A stretch of DNA of 64,000 nt from a virus, in IMG/VR virus record IMGVR_UViG_3300026078_000018; one strand, written 5' to 3'. The position numbers and the translations under genes were made by a program. The notes below the pieces were generated by a model. It was given only the letters and a program-made list of their open reading frames with translations, was not told the origin of the DNA and ran no database searches. Shown piece by piece: positions 8,626 through 18,804 of the stretch. Every line of letters starts with the position of its first letter. Positions within the stretch are counted from its first letter, which is position 1.

Positions 8626-11600
8626 GACCTCAGCTGCTGTCGCGGCCATGCCGGGCAACCTCAACACGCCGGTCCTGGCGCCGCTGTACGCCGACGGGAT
8701 GCCGCTGGCCGCGCTCGGGCAGGCCCTGTCCGGCACTGGCTCGGCCTCGGCGCCCGCCAGGTTCTGGTCCACACCGCCACGGGCGGCCGCTGACACCACT
8801 CGGGAGGTGTTGCAGGTCTCCCTCGGCGCGGCCCGCACCCTCAACCGCGTGTCCGTCTCGCTGCCCCGCTTCCCGCACACCAGCTGGCTGCAGGCCTACG
8901 ACGACACGACCGCGACCTGGATGACGCTGGTCGACGCAGGCGGCAACGCCGCGCAGGTGTCATTCACCGACTCTCTGCCGCCGGTGGTATCCGTCGGTGT
9001 CACCGACACCGGACGGCGCCACCCCGCGCACTACGGCGCCGGACACTGGGTGCCCACGACTTTCGAGTTCACCCCCGTCACCACCACCCAGCTGCGGCTC
9101 GTGCAGGTGCGTGTGCCCTCCGGCGCCATCCCCGTCGGCGTCACCGGCAGTCCCCAGCCCTACCCCCTGGGAGCCCGGGACCTGGTCGTCGGCTACGCCA
9201 CCGACACCCCCGGCGGCGCACCGCTGCGCACCGGCGCGATCGCCACCACGGCCGACATCCTCGGCTCCACCATCACCCACACCCTGCTGCGCGCCGACGC
9301 CTGGGGTCTGCCGATCGGCCGCACCTGGCGCTCGGCACCGATGCCGACCGCCGACTCGGTCGTGGGACTGTACGTGGACTGCCGCGACGCTCTGGGCGCG
9401 CCGCAGCTGGTAGACCGGCTGTATCTGGACCCGATCACCTCCGGCGTGTCAATGTGCGTGTATTACACCTCCGACGCGCCGATCGCCGACACCTTCCCGG
9501 CCTCCGATGCGCCGATGGGCGCCTACGTGGTGCCCTCAGTCTCGGCCCCAGTCATCTCCAACGGTCTCTTGACCTTCAGCGGCACCTCCTGCTATCTGGA
9601 CATCGCCGCGAGTGCCGTGGCGTTCGACCCCGGCAGCCCGTTCGCGCTGGGCTTGTCATTCGCCCCCGTGTACGCCTCCACCGCGGCCGGGCCATACACG
9701 CTGCTGGACGCCGAGGGGTTCACTGTGAGCTTTGCCGCAGGCGTGCTCACCGCCTCCATCGGCACCGCGCAGGCTTCGCTGGCGCTGTCATTCGCGTCCG
9801 GGACGCCGCTGGTTGTTGGCGTCTTCTCCGACGGCGCCACTCTGTCTTTGTCGGTCGGCGGCGTCGGGCAGACGGCCAGCACTGCCGGGGTGAGAGCGGT
9901 GGGCAGATCGGCATCGATCCGGCTCGGCGGCGCTCAGGGCGCAACCCCGGCCACCTCCGACATGTCGGTGTCAGCGCTGGCACTGTGGCAGTGCGGCGCC
10001 GCGCAGGCACATGCCGGGCTCGCCGCCTTCCTAACATCACCGGATTCGGTGATGCTGTTGCCGTCCACCGAGGTCGTCTCGCATCCCAGCGATGGCACCG
10101 TGCTGCGGGTCGACCCGCGGCGGGCCGACGCCGACACCGCCTTCGGGGTGTTCGGCGCCCCCGGGATCGACCTGTCGCGGGTGCGGTGGATTCCTTTGGC
10201 TCGTGACGCGGTAGCGCGGTCGGGGGCCTTGGCCATGGCCCCGATGCTCGCGACTCTACTGAAGATCGAATTCACGAACCTCGCTCCGGCGCCGCTTGAG
10301 ACCACCGGCGGTGTGCTCACGTCGGCGCCGCTGCTGGATTCCACACGGCAGTCGCAGCCCTCGGTCAGCTCTACCGGCTCCCCGGATCCGGGCACCGGTG
10401 TCATCTCGGCGAACGGCGCCTCGAACTACTCCGATATGCGTAGGTTGCCTGCTGCCACCACTTACCCGGTATCGCCGACCGAGGCGCTTTACGCGCCGGA
10501 CCCGCAGGTTGCGTCCCGTATCAACGACGGGCCCGGTTTCGGATTCACCCGCTGGCAGACGCCCGCATCGCCGGTGACACCGCGGCATGCGGGAGTACAC
10601 ACCGACGCTCCGGTCCAGACGTCGATCACGCAGCGGCAGACGTTTTTCGTCGCACTACGGAAGATCGCGCTGGGCCGGTTCCAGAACGGCGCCGCCCCGC
10701 TGGATTACGCCCGGTTGGTTGAGACCACTGACGACGCCCTGGGCCTGGGACCGACCGGGGGCGCAGGTCTATGGGAGCGGGCTAATGGCCGTTTGGTCAC
10801 TCCCTCCCCAGCCGGAGGACGCCGGATTGTCACCTCCCTGCCCTACGTCAGCCACCATCCGGTGGTGGCAGTGCAGTTCGCCTCGACATGTTCGGACGCT
10901 GCCGGAGTCATCACCGACGCCGACTTCACCGCCCCAGACTTCTCCGCCTGGTCGATGATCGGGGACGCCACCGTCGCCGTCGGCACCGGCTACGCCTCAG
11001 CAGTAGGTCACGCCGCCGCGCTCACCCGGCACGGCGGCGCCTCCGGCGGCATCGCCTCGGTTCAGACGCTCACCCCGGGCCGTACGGGACGTCTGTACGG
11101 TGCGGTGCGGCTGTACGCGCCGACTGACGCCTCGGCGCCGTGGCAGCTTTCACTGGTCAACGGCGACGGCACCATCCTGGCCCAGGCGAGTGCGACACCG
11201 ACGGCAGGGCAGGTGCTGGAGTTCACCTGCCAGCTGAACCTGGACGTGCCGCTCGTGTCCGGTGTGGATACCTGGGGCACCTACGACAACACCGGCACCT
11301 GGGCTTCGATGGCAGCTCATGGCAGCTATGCCGTCGTCTCCGGCGCCGGGCTGTGGATCCATGACGTCTCCGTCCACCTGGCCCAGACCGGCGTCGATTC
11401 CGACACCGTCCTGATCGACAGCCTCGCCATGTTCTACGACCCGATCACCTGGGAAGTTTCGGCCGACGGCGGCACCGATTGGTTTCCCGTCGCCGACATC
11501 CGCAACGACCCCGCAGGGGTGCTCGTGCTCCCGCCCGCCACGACCGGGACCTCGCTGATGTGGCGCGCCAGCTGTGATGCACCCGGGGTGAGCATCAGCG

Positions 11601-11785
11601 CAGTGGCCCTGCGCCCCTGGTACGAATTGCGCGCGGGCGGAGTGCGCCCACAACCGCCGGGAATCCCGTCCGGGCCGCTGCTTTCCCCCGCCGATCACTT
11701 CGGACCCATCGAGGAAGATCCTATGTGGATGGCCTGGGACCGCGGGGTGCCGCGCTCCTGGTGGGCATCGGGCCGCTCCTTCTGA
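8618..11785 (+). CDS. large minor tail/baseplate protein with beta-sandwich domains
   Basis: 1055 aa, beta-rich, WEVSADGG..W motif; last gene of the tail operon. Confidence 0.65.
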   Translation: MPETSAAVAAMPGNLNTPVLAPLYADGMPLAALGQALSGTGSASAPARFWSTPPRAAADTTREVLQVSLGAARTLNRVSVSLPRFPHTSWLQAYDDTTATWMTLVDAGGNAAQVSFTDSLPPVVSVGVTDTGRRHPAHYGAGHWVPTTFEFTPVTTTQLRLVQVRVPSGAIPVGVTGSPQPYPLGARDLVVGYATDTPGGAPLRTGAIATTADILGSTITHTLLRADAWGLPIGRTWRSAPMPTADSVVGLYVDCRDALGAPQLVDRLYLDPITSGVSMCVYYTSDAPIADTFPASDAPMGAYVVPSVSAPVISNGLLTFSGTSCYLDIAASAVAFDPGSPFALGLSFAPVYASTAAGPYTLLDAEGFTVSFAAGVLTASIGTAQASLALSFASGTPLVVGVFSDGATLSLSVGGVGQTASTAGVRAVGRSASIRLGGAQGATPATSDMSVSALALWQCGAAQAHAGLAAFLTSPDSVMLLPSTEVVSHPSDGTVLRVDPRRADADTAFGVFGAPGIDLSRVRWIPLARDAVARSGALAMAPMLATLLKIEFTNLAPAPLETTGGVLTSAPLLDSTRQSQPSVSSTGSPDPGTGVISANGASNYSDMRRLPAATTYPVSPTEALYAPDPQVASRINDGPGFGFTRWQTPASPVTPRHAGVHTDAPVQTSITQRQTFFVALRKIALGRFQNGAAPLDYARLVETTDDALGLGPTGGAGLWERANGRLVTPSPAGGRRIVTSLPYVSHHPVVAVQFASTCSDAAGVITDADFTAPDFSAWSMIGDATVAVGTGYASAVGHAAALTRHGGASGGIASVQTLTPGRTGRLYGAVRLYAPTDASAPWQLSLVNGDGTILAQASATPTAGQVLEFTCQLNLDVPLVSGVDTWGTYDNTGTWASMAAHGSYAVVSGAGLWIHDVSVHLAQTGVDSDTVLIDSLAMFYDPITWEVSADGGTDWFPVADIRNDPAGVLVLPPATTGTSLMWRASCDAPGVSISAVALRPWYELRAGGVRPQPPGIPSGPLLSPADHFGPIEEDPMWMAWDRGVPRSWWASGRSF

Positions 11786-11793
11786 TCTCTCAG

Positions 11794-11834
11794 CGAGACG
11801 CCGGTATATACCGTTGGTATATACCGGCGTCTCG
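11794..11834. terminator. perfect 19-bp inverted repeat (terminator and/or paired GGTATATACC site)
   Basis: CGAGACGCCGGTATATACC-GTT-GGTATATACCGGCGTCTCG right after the tail operon. Confidence 0.6.
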
Positions 11835-11964
11835 GCTTGTCAGCGTATGTATGATCGCGCATTTCTGTGGCATATGACGTAGGAAAACACTGACGATATC
11901 CGCCATGACCTCTACACTGTCTTCTGAGATAGGCATCTGATGCTATGGCCGGAGGTGAATTCGT

Positions 11965-12279
11965 ATGTCACTGGACCTTGAGCTGGCCGTCAACCGCACA
12001 CTGATGCGCGCACGCGCCGCCGAACGCGCCCTGCACGACCATGGCATCCCCTGGAGTCTGGAGACCGCAGGGCGACGTGTCGCCGTCGAGCCGATGCTCG
12101 GTGACGACCGCATCGTCTTCACAGGTGTGATCCCGGCCGAGCTGCCCGAGCGCTGTTGGCTGATGCTGCGCTGCGGGGAGGACATCGTGGACATCGCCGA
12201 GCTGCACACCGCCCCCGGCGGTGGAGGGACCGGATGCTGGACCCAAGTCCGGCACGAAATCGTGATGGGGACAGCGTGA
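11965..12279 (+). CDS. hypothetical protein
   Basis: GGAGG RBS; stop overlaps the helicase start. Confidence 0.65.
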   Translation: MSLDLELAVNRTLMRARAAERALHDHGIPWSLETAGRRVAVEPMLGDDRIVFTGVIPAELPERCWLMLRCGEDIVDIAELHTAPGGGGTGCWTQVRHEIVMGTA

Positions 12280-13805
12280 ACAGCCTGTATCGGGATCCGC
12301 AGAACCTGAAGGATTTCCAGCTAGAAGACATCGTCACGCTGCGCAGGCTGGGCCGCGGAGTGCTCGGCTGGGACACCGGCATGGGCAAGACCCGGGGCCT
12401 GCTAGGCCTGGCCTGCTGGCTGCTGGACAAACAAGAGATCGACACCATCCTGCTGGTGTGCGAGCAGAACAAACTCGGCCCCGACGAATGGGAAGGCGAC
12501 ATCAAAGCCCTCACCACCGCCACCTGGGCCAAATACCACGGCGCGCGCCGATCCAGCGTCCTGCAGGGTGAGCTCCCGCAGATCATCGCCACCACCTACG
12601 AGACAGCGCGCGAGGACATCGCAGTCCGCGACGCCGAGGGCCATCTGATTGCCGATGGGCCGCTGACTCGGGCACTGGCCGGTCGCCGGGTCCTGATCGC
12701 TTACGACGAGATGCCGAAGCTGGCGATCGCCTCCTCAGGGCTGTATCAGGCCCACAACTACCTGGTCGAGCGCATCGGGGCGTGCGTGGTCGGGCTGACT
12801 GCCATGGCCTACACCGTCGACTACGAATCGACCTACAACATGTTCCTGCTGGTCTGCCCGGACGTGCTGCCGACCCGGGAGCAGTTCGAGGAGTTGTGTG
12901 TGGTGCGGCGCAGAAGGCGCACCAACAAGGCGATCTTCAACGACCGGGCGGTACGACAGTACCTGCTGGAGCCGATCCGGCCGTACCTGCTGCGCCGCCG
13001 CAAGACAGACCCCGAGGTCGCGCACCTTTTCCCGAAGATGAGGGAGAAAACGCTGCACACTGTGATGACCCCGGACCAGGCTGAGGCCTACCAGACCATG
13101 GAGGCGTTCGGCCGCGTAGAAGCCGAACGCCTTGGCGAAGAGCCGTCCGGCCTGTACACGGTGCTGCGGATGATCGCTTCCTACCCCGAGGCACTGCTGG
13201 CCGCCGACGGCGCTTTGGCCGCTGAAACAGTCCAGGTCCTCGGAGCCGAATGGCTCGCCTCGATCCGGCCCGGCAAGCTGGACATGCTGCAGAAGCTCGC
13301 CGCCCACGCTGCCGCCGAGGACCGCAAGACGGTGGTCTTCTCGTTTTTTGGGCCGACGATCCTGCCGCTGTTGGCCCGCGATCTACAGCATCTGGGAGTT
13401 CCGATCCTGACGTTCTACGGGGCCGCGACCAAGGCCCGCCGGGAGTCGCTGGCCGCGTTCCGAGCGCACAAGGGCCCGGCACTCCTACTGGCCTCCAACG
13501 CCGCGGCCCGCGGGATTAATGTCCCGGAGGCCTCGCGCCTGATCGAGTATGAGGGTGCGCTGACGTACGAGATCGGTGCACAGCGGCGCAACCGCATCCA
13601 CCGCCTGGACTCGCCCCACGACGAGGTGGTCTGCGCCACGCTCATCGCCGACGGGACCCTGGAGCAGCCGATCGCCGAGAAAATGCTGCACCGCAACTTC
13701 GAGACCGATGCCGTCAACGGCGACGAGTTCGCAGCGCCCCACGGGTTCACTACCGCCTCGATCCGGCGCTCGAAAATGGACGTCTGGCAGAACGCTGTCG
13801 CCTGA
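12276..13805 (+). CDS. SNF2-family helicase/ATPase
   Basis: DTGMGKT, YDE, LRRRK, ARGIN and QR.NRIHR motifs; GTG start inferred. Confidence 0.85.
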   Translation: MNSLYRDPQNLKDFQLEDIVTLRRLGRGVLGWDTGMGKTRGLLGLACWLLDKQEIDTILLVCEQNKLGPDEWEGDIKALTTATWAKYHGARRSSVLQGELPQIIATTYETAREDIAVRDAEGHLIADGPLTRALAGRRVLIAYDEMPKLAIASSGLYQAHNYLVERIGACVVGLTAMAYTVDYESTYNMFLLVCPDVLPTREQFEELCVVRRRRRTNKAIFNDRAVRQYLLEPIRPYLLRRRKTDPEVAHLFPKMREKTLHTVMTPDQAEAYQTMEAFGRVEAERLGEEPSGLYTVLRMIASYPEALLAADGALAAETVQVLGAEWLASIRPGKLDMLQKLAAHAAAEDRKTVVFSFFGPTILPLLARDLQHLGVPILTFYGAATKARRESLAAFRAHKGPALLLASNAAARGINVPEASRLIEYEGALTYEIGAQRRNRIHRLDSPHDEVVCATLIADGTLEQPIAEKMLHRNFETDAVNGDEFAAPHGFTTASIRRSKMDVWQNAVA

Positions 13806-13817
13806 TTATCTCACTGG

Positions 13818-13860
13818 ACGACGAAACCACCCCGCCATTCGGGGTGGTTTCGTCGTTTCT
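13818..13860 (+). terminator. intrinsic terminator
   Basis: ACGACGAAACCACCCC / GGGGTGGTTTCGTCGT stem followed by TTCT. Confidence 0.75.
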
Positions 13861-14030
13861 GTCATAGCACCAATGTTCTGATTCGGTCTCGTCGCTTGCT
13901 CTTCCCGCCCCTGGTGCGCTGTACTGGCTGAATCAGCCTGTTCAGTAACCGCAGGGAACGGCAACGCGTATACGAGTAGATCCAAGTACATAAAACCCCG
14001 CCAGGCAGTATGGGCACATAGGTACACATT

Positions 14031-14122
14031 GACGCGTGCGTGCGCACATGCGTGCGCGTACCTGCGCGGGCGCGCGCATACGCACGCACGGGTGCGCGGG
14101 CGGGCGCACGCACGCACGCGCG
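14031..14122. repeat. alternating purine-pyrimidine (GC/GT/AC) tract upstream of the Rep-like gene
   Basis: GCGTGCGTGCGCACATGCGTGCGCG...GCACGCACGCACGCGCG. Confidence 0.7.
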
Positions 14123-14168
14123 GTATATAGAGCACGGCCACGCCCCAACGGCCGCAGGAGATCCCACG

Positions 14169-15764
14169 ATGACCGACGTCGAACAGCCCGCCGTCATGAA
14201 CAGCTTCGACTACATCACTGCAAAATATGGTGGACCACGCAAAACGGTCACCCACTGGCGCGTGGTCGCCGATTCGGCGGCCAACGCCCCGACAGCCCCC
14301 GCCGCGGTACCCAAGAGGCGACCCCGGCCGAACCGCCGACCGGTGGCCAGACCCGTCGACGAGCTGCCGTTCACCGTCCGCGCGGTTCTGCAGCTTGCCC
14401 CCGACCTCGACATCCCTACTTCCCACCTGGTCTACACCGCCCTGTGGGCCCCCGTCGTCGCCGCCGACATGGAGATCCGCGACTCGCAGGTGGCCTACCT
14501 GTCCCGTGACAGGCTTGCCGAGGCCACAGGCATGCAGGGCCCCAAACTGATGCTCCCCGGCGGCGTTGTCGAACGCGCCGCCAGCACCGTCGGGATCGTC
14601 CGGATGGTCGTACGCGGCGTACCCGGCGCGGTGGCCCTCGAAAACGGCGAGGGCTGGCGTGGCGAGGCCACCTCCTGGACCGTCACCCGCTCCCTGGACG
14701 ACTTCACCCACACCCCGGTCCGCACCGCCGAAACTCCGCGGGTCGTCACGGACGGCAGGGTCCTGCAGGACGGCGAGGTCGACCTGCGCGCCGTGGCCGT
14801 GTGGCTCAATCCGTTGCATCCCTGGTGGGGGCATAAGGCCGCCGGGCCCACCGGCATGCGCGCGGTCGCTGCGCTGATCACCCGCTACGGCTGGGTCGAC
14901 TTGCTGCTATCGGCCTCTGACGTGGCCGCCATCCTCGGCGCCCACCGTCAGACCGCCTGGCGCGTCCTGACCGCCCTGGCCGATCTCGGACTGGCCGAGC
15001 GTGAGGGCAAGCGGGGCCGCTGGCGCCTGCGGCTCGCATCTCGCCTCGGGCAGCTCACCGCCGACGACGTGAAATACAACCCCCGGCGCCCCACTCCTCC
15101 CTCAGCAGCCCGCGCCAGAGTCCACGACTGGGGCTGGTTCAGCCGCGAAGGCCGTGCAGTGCGCGCCCGAGCCCGATCGATCGTCACCGAGATGATCGAG
15201 GGCTGGGACTTCCCCGGCAATGAGCTGCGGCTCGACCCGCGCACCGGTCGCCCCTGGGGCATGGTCATCTGGGTCATCGAACAGCTGCGCCATCTCACGA
15301 AGCTCGGTGAAGACGCTGCGAAGGCCCTCCTGGCGCCGTTCGTCGAGCACATGACCTCCGGGACGCATCCGGCGCCCGCAGCGCGCCAGAGGCTCTCCCA
15401 GAGGCACCACGCGCCCCTTCCTGCCCCAGTGGCCCCCGCGGCTGCACCGGCTCCTCCGGTTCTGAAGCCGCGCGAGGAGCTCCCGACCGCTTCGGCGGTG
15501 GACGACGGGCCGATGATTGACGGCTTCCCCGTGGACAAGTTCGGGCGCCCCGACTTGAAGCGGATGTCCATCGCCCAGAAGCTCGAATGCCTGCAGCGCT
15601 ATCCCAAGGGCTTCCCAGACCATCTGAAGCCCTCCTGGGACGCCCCGGATGTCGCACAGCCACCACGGGCCCCACAGGCCGCCACAGACGCTCTCAGGGC
15701 CGTTCCCGGCCCCAGGACGCCCAGGACCGGTGGCGGGGCCCCGGCTGCTTCGGCCAGCGCATAG
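14169..15764 (+). CDS. wHTH DNA-binding protein, candidate replication initiator
   Basis: AGGAG RBS; SASDVAAILGAHRQTAWRVL..L..LGL wHTH and a second possible HTH (LSRDRLAEATGM). Confidence 0.5.
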   Translation: MTDVEQPAVMNSFDYITAKYGGPRKTVTHWRVVADSAANAPTAPAAVPKRRPRPNRRPVARPVDELPFTVRAVLQLAPDLDIPTSHLVYTALWAPVVAADMEIRDSQVAYLSRDRLAEATGMQGPKLMLPGGVVERAASTVGIVRMVVRGVPGAVALENGEGWRGEATSWTVTRSLDDFTHTPVRTAETPRVVTDGRVLQDGEVDLRAVAVWLNPLHPWWGHKAAGPTGMRAVAALITRYGWVDLLLSASDVAAILGAHRQTAWRVLTALADLGLAEREGKRGRWRLRLASRLGQLTADDVKYNPRRPTPPSAARARVHDWGWFSREGRAVRARARSIVTEMIEGWDFPGNELRLDPRTGRPWGMVIWVIEQLRHLTKLGEDAAKALLAPFVEHMTSGTHPAPAARQRLSQRHHAPLPAPVAPAAAPAPPVLKPREELPTASAVDDGPMIDGFPVDKFGRPDLKRMSIAQKLECLQRYPKGFPDHLKPSWDAPDVAQPPRAPQAATDALRAVPGPRTPRTGGGAPAASASA

Positions 15765-15817
15765 CGTGCACCCGTTCGCGTGAAAAATTTCAGACAGTCG
15801 CCAGGTCAGTGGCAGCT

Positions 15818-15840
15818 TAGTATGATCTGATGCTATGATT
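15818..15840 (+). promoter_or_regulatory. 18-bp operator overlapping a -10 box
   Basis: TAGTATGATCTGATGCTA followed by TGAT. Confidence 0.6.
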
Positions 15841-15878
15841 GGGTAACAATCAGGTCGCCGAAGCCCCTGGAGGACTAC

Positions 15879-17909
15879 ATGACCGCCGCAAAGCAGCAGC
15901 TCAAGACCTTCGCCGAGGCGACCGCCGTCCTGCGCACCGCCCTCCCCGGCTACGAAGAGCGGCCCCAGCAGGTCGCCCTTGCCGAGGCCATCGAGCAGAT
16001 CATGTCGGCCGACTGGGACGACGACTCCGAGAAGCTGCCCCCGGCGCTGGCCGGGCAGGCCGGATGCGGCACCGGCAAGTCCTACGCTCTGGCGATCCCG
16101 GCTGCGCTGTGCGGCCGCCGCGTGGTCATCGCCACCGGCACCATCGCCCTGCAGCGGCAGATCATCGACAAGGACCTCCCGTTCCTCGAAGAGCACCTCC
16201 CGGACTTCCCCAAGTTCGCGCTGCTCATGGGCCGCGGCAACTACCTGTGCGCCGCCAAGCTCGCCGAACCCGGCCTGGACCTGCCGCAGCTGACCGTCCT
16301 GCAGGAAGCCATGGCCGACGGCGACAACGAGGGCACCCGAGACAGCATCGACGTCGAGATCACCGGCGAGCAGTGGCGGCAGGTTTCCAGCACCGGAACC
16401 GAATGCCCCGGCGCCAAGAGCTGCCCCTTCTCCGACGGCTGCAAGGCCGAGAAGGCAAAGAAGGTCGCCGCCGAAGCGAAGATCGTCGTCACCAACTACG
16501 CGATGCTCGGCCTGGACATGGTCCTGCGCGAGAAGGCCGATACCACCGCGGGCCCCATGCTCGGCGACTACGCGGCATTGTTCTGCGACGAGGCCGACTC
16601 CATGGACCACGCCATCCGCAACGCCCTGGCCGCCAAGCTCACCCACCGCGGCCTGATGATGCTGGCCTCCGGCGCCGAGTCCTTCGTCAAGGCCCACGGC
16701 CAGATGGACGGCGAGCAGCTGAAGGCGGCCGTCGCCGTCAACCAGGCCGTCTGGGGCCTGGCGCAGGTGCTGCCCAAAACGGTCGACGAGGACAAGCCGA
16801 ACGCCGACCCCGAAGGCGGCAAGCTGCGGCTGGCCTGGTTCGGCGACAACGCCGAGCCGGTCATGGCCCTCATCAACGCACTCAAGAGCCTGTCGGCCGA
16901 GCTGGCACGCGTCCCCGACGACGGCTTCGGGCCAAAGGAGAAGAACCGCAAGCGCATGCTGGTGACCCAGGCCGACAACGCCGTGGAGGCCCTGCAGGAC
17001 GCGATCCTGGCCGAGGACGGCGAGATGGCCCGCTTCGTCGCATGGAACCGCGCCAAGAGCGCCAGCGGCCGCGGCGAAGACTTCTTCACCGTCGAATTCC
17101 ACCCCGTGCTCATCGCCGACCGGCTGCGCGAGAGCCTGTGGTCCCGGCAGCGCACCGTCGCCGTCTCCGCCACCCTCACCACGGCCCCCGGCGACTTCGG
17201 CTATTTCACCCGGACTCTCGGTTTGGAGCACGCCAAGACCATCGACGTCGGCACGCCTTTCGACTACGCCACCCAGGCGTTGTTGTTCGTCCCGGACCCC
17301 TCGGTCGCGGCGCCGCCCCAGCGCGAGGCGTGGATGGCCTACAGCATCACCAAGTCCTACGAGCTGGTGAAGCTCTCCGGCGGCGGCGCGCTGCTGCTGT
17401 ACACCTCCCGCAAGGCCATGATGGAGGCCCACGCCATGTTGGCTCCGCGGTTCGAGAAGATGGGCCTGACCGTTCTGGTCCAGGACGGCAACGTCCCCAA
17501 CGGCGAGCTCGCCGCCCGCTTCCGCGACGACGTCAACAGCGTGTTGTTCGGCCTCAAGAGCTTCTTCGTCGGCCTGGACGTCCAGGGCGAGTCGCTGAGG
17601 CTGGTCGTCATCGACAAACTCCCCTTCCCGGTCCCCACCGAGCCCATCTTCGAGGCCCGCAGCGAGGCGGAGCGGGCCGCCGGGCGCCACCCGTTCTCCT
17701 CGCTGTCCATCCCGATGATGACCCTGGACCTCACCCAGGCTTTCGGCCGTCTCATCCGCAAGCGCCAGGACAAGGGCGTCGTGGCCATCCTCGACTCCCG
17801 GCTGTCCAGCAAGGGCTACGGCAAGCAGATCATCGACGGGCTGCCCGGCTGCCCGGTCGAGGTCGAGGAGGACAAGGTCGAAGCCTTCTTCGAGGCTATG
17901 GCGAACTGA
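15879..17909 (+). CDS. dinG: DinG/YoaA-family Fe-S helicase
   Basis: AGCGTGKS, GRGNYLC, Cys cluster, DEAD, SATL, DKLPF and QAFGRLIR motifs. Confidence 0.92.
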   Translation: MTAAKQQLKTFAEATAVLRTALPGYEERPQQVALAEAIEQIMSADWDDDSEKLPPALAGQAGCGTGKSYALAIPAALCGRRVVIATGTIALQRQIIDKDLPFLEEHLPDFPKFALLMGRGNYLCAAKLAEPGLDLPQLTVLQEAMADGDNEGTRDSIDVEITGEQWRQVSSTGTECPGAKSCPFSDGCKAEKAKKVAAEAKIVVTNYAMLGLDMVLREKADTTAGPMLGDYAALFCDEADSMDHAIRNALAAKLTHRGLMMLASGAESFVKAHGQMDGEQLKAAVAVNQAVWGLAQVLPKTVDEDKPNADPEGGKLRLAWFGDNAEPVMALINALKSLSAELARVPDDGFGPKEKNRKRMLVTQADNAVEALQDAILAEDGEMARFVAWNRAKSASGRGEDFFTVEFHPVLIADRLRESLWSRQRTVAVSATLTTAPGDFGYFTRTLGLEHAKTIDVGTPFDYATQALLFVPDPSVAAPPQREAWMAYSITKSYELVKLSGGGALLLYTSRKAMMEAHAMLAPRFEKMGLTVLVQDGNVPNGELAARFRDDVNSVLFGLKSFFVGLDVQGESLRLVVIDKLPFPVPTEPIFEARSEAERAAGRHPFSSLSIPMMTLDLTQAFGRLIRKRQDKGVVAILDSRLSSKGYGKQIIDGLPGCPVEVEEDKVEAFFEAMAN

Positions 17910-17922
17910 GCCAGCACGTCGA

Positions 17923-17952
17923 GGCGGCGACCCCAACAGGGTCGCCGCTTTT
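17923..17952 (+). terminator. intrinsic terminator
   Basis: GCGGCGACCC / GGGTCGCCGC stem followed by TTTT. Confidence 0.8.
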
Positions 17953-17971
17953 CTATATGCAGAATTCGGAG

Positions 17972-18000
17972 TGGACCATAGTATGAGGTGATGCTAGACT
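17972..18000 (+). promoter_or_regulatory. promoter with 18-bp operator
   Basis: TGGACC-17bp-TAGACT; TAGTATGAGGTGATGCTA at 17979-17996. Confidence 0.65.
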
Positions 18001-18037
18001 GGGAACCAGAAGCCGAACTCCCCGCCAGGAGGATCCC

Positions 18038-18730
18038 ATGAACGCTCTCGACACCACCGCCCCGGCCGTCTCCATCTCCGCCACCGGCGAGCTCACCAAG
18101 ATGCACGACGCCACCCGCGAGACCGTCCCGGCCGTGCCGCTGGACGACGAGGTCGCCAAGGCCTGGCGCCACCTGCCCGCCGTGAACGGCACCGTCCGCA
18201 TCCCCGCGCCCGGCAGCCCCTGGACCGACGCCGAGCTGACCAACGCCGCTGACGCCATGGAGACCGCCCGCATCCTGCGCCACGCCGCCCAGGCCATCGA
18301 GGACGCCGTCACCGAGGGCTACCTCACCAACATCGACATGCAGGCCCACACTCGCGCGGCCCTCGACCCGGCCTACAACGCCAAGCTGGCCGAGGCGCTC
18401 CTCACCGGCAAGGGCCACCTCGTCCTCGGCGGGAAGGGCCGTCCGGTCCAGACCTCCATCCCCGGCACCGACAAGGTGCTCTCCGCCGAGTACAAGATCG
18501 GCAACCCCCAGATCTCCGTCGAGTCCCTCACCGAGCTCAAGGCCGCGGGCACTATCAGCTGGCGTGAGTACCGGCGTCTGACCCGCACCGTCCGGGTTGT
18601 CGACACCGAGGCCATCGCCCGCGAGAGCGACACCAACCCGAACCTGCGGGCCCGCCTGCGCGGCGCCTGGAAGCGCTCCGCTTCCGTCGGCGTTTACGTC
18701 CGTAAGGCCAAGGCGACCGCGATCGCCTAA
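18038..18730 (+). CDS. hypothetical phage protein
   Basis: AGGAGG RBS, typical codon bias. Confidence 0.75.
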   Translation: MNALDTTAPAVSISATGELTKMHDATRETVPAVPLDDEVAKAWRHLPAVNGTVRIPAPGSPWTDAELTNAADAMETARILRHAAQAIEDAVTEGYLTNIDMQAHTRAALDPAYNAKLAEALLTGKGHLVLGGKGRPVQTSIPGTDKVLSAEYKIGNPQISVESLTELKAAGTISWREYRRLTRTVRVVDTEAIARESDTNPNLRARLRGAWKRSASVGVYVRKAKATAIA

Positions 18731-18804
18731 GCCCCCTTCACCCAGCCCCCGCTGACTGGCGGGGGCCTTCGCACATCCACCGAGAGAACCCAGGAGAGCA
18801 CCTC

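Noticed and set aside
11794-11834. Protelomerase target site
   Set aside because: Short, with a non-palindromic centre, and no protelomerase seen; terminator or parS pair fits better
15102-17936. Long minus-strand ORFs (944 aa here; others at 30194, 36315, 45383, 56052)
   Set aside because: Antisense shadows of well-supported genes, typical of high-GC DNA
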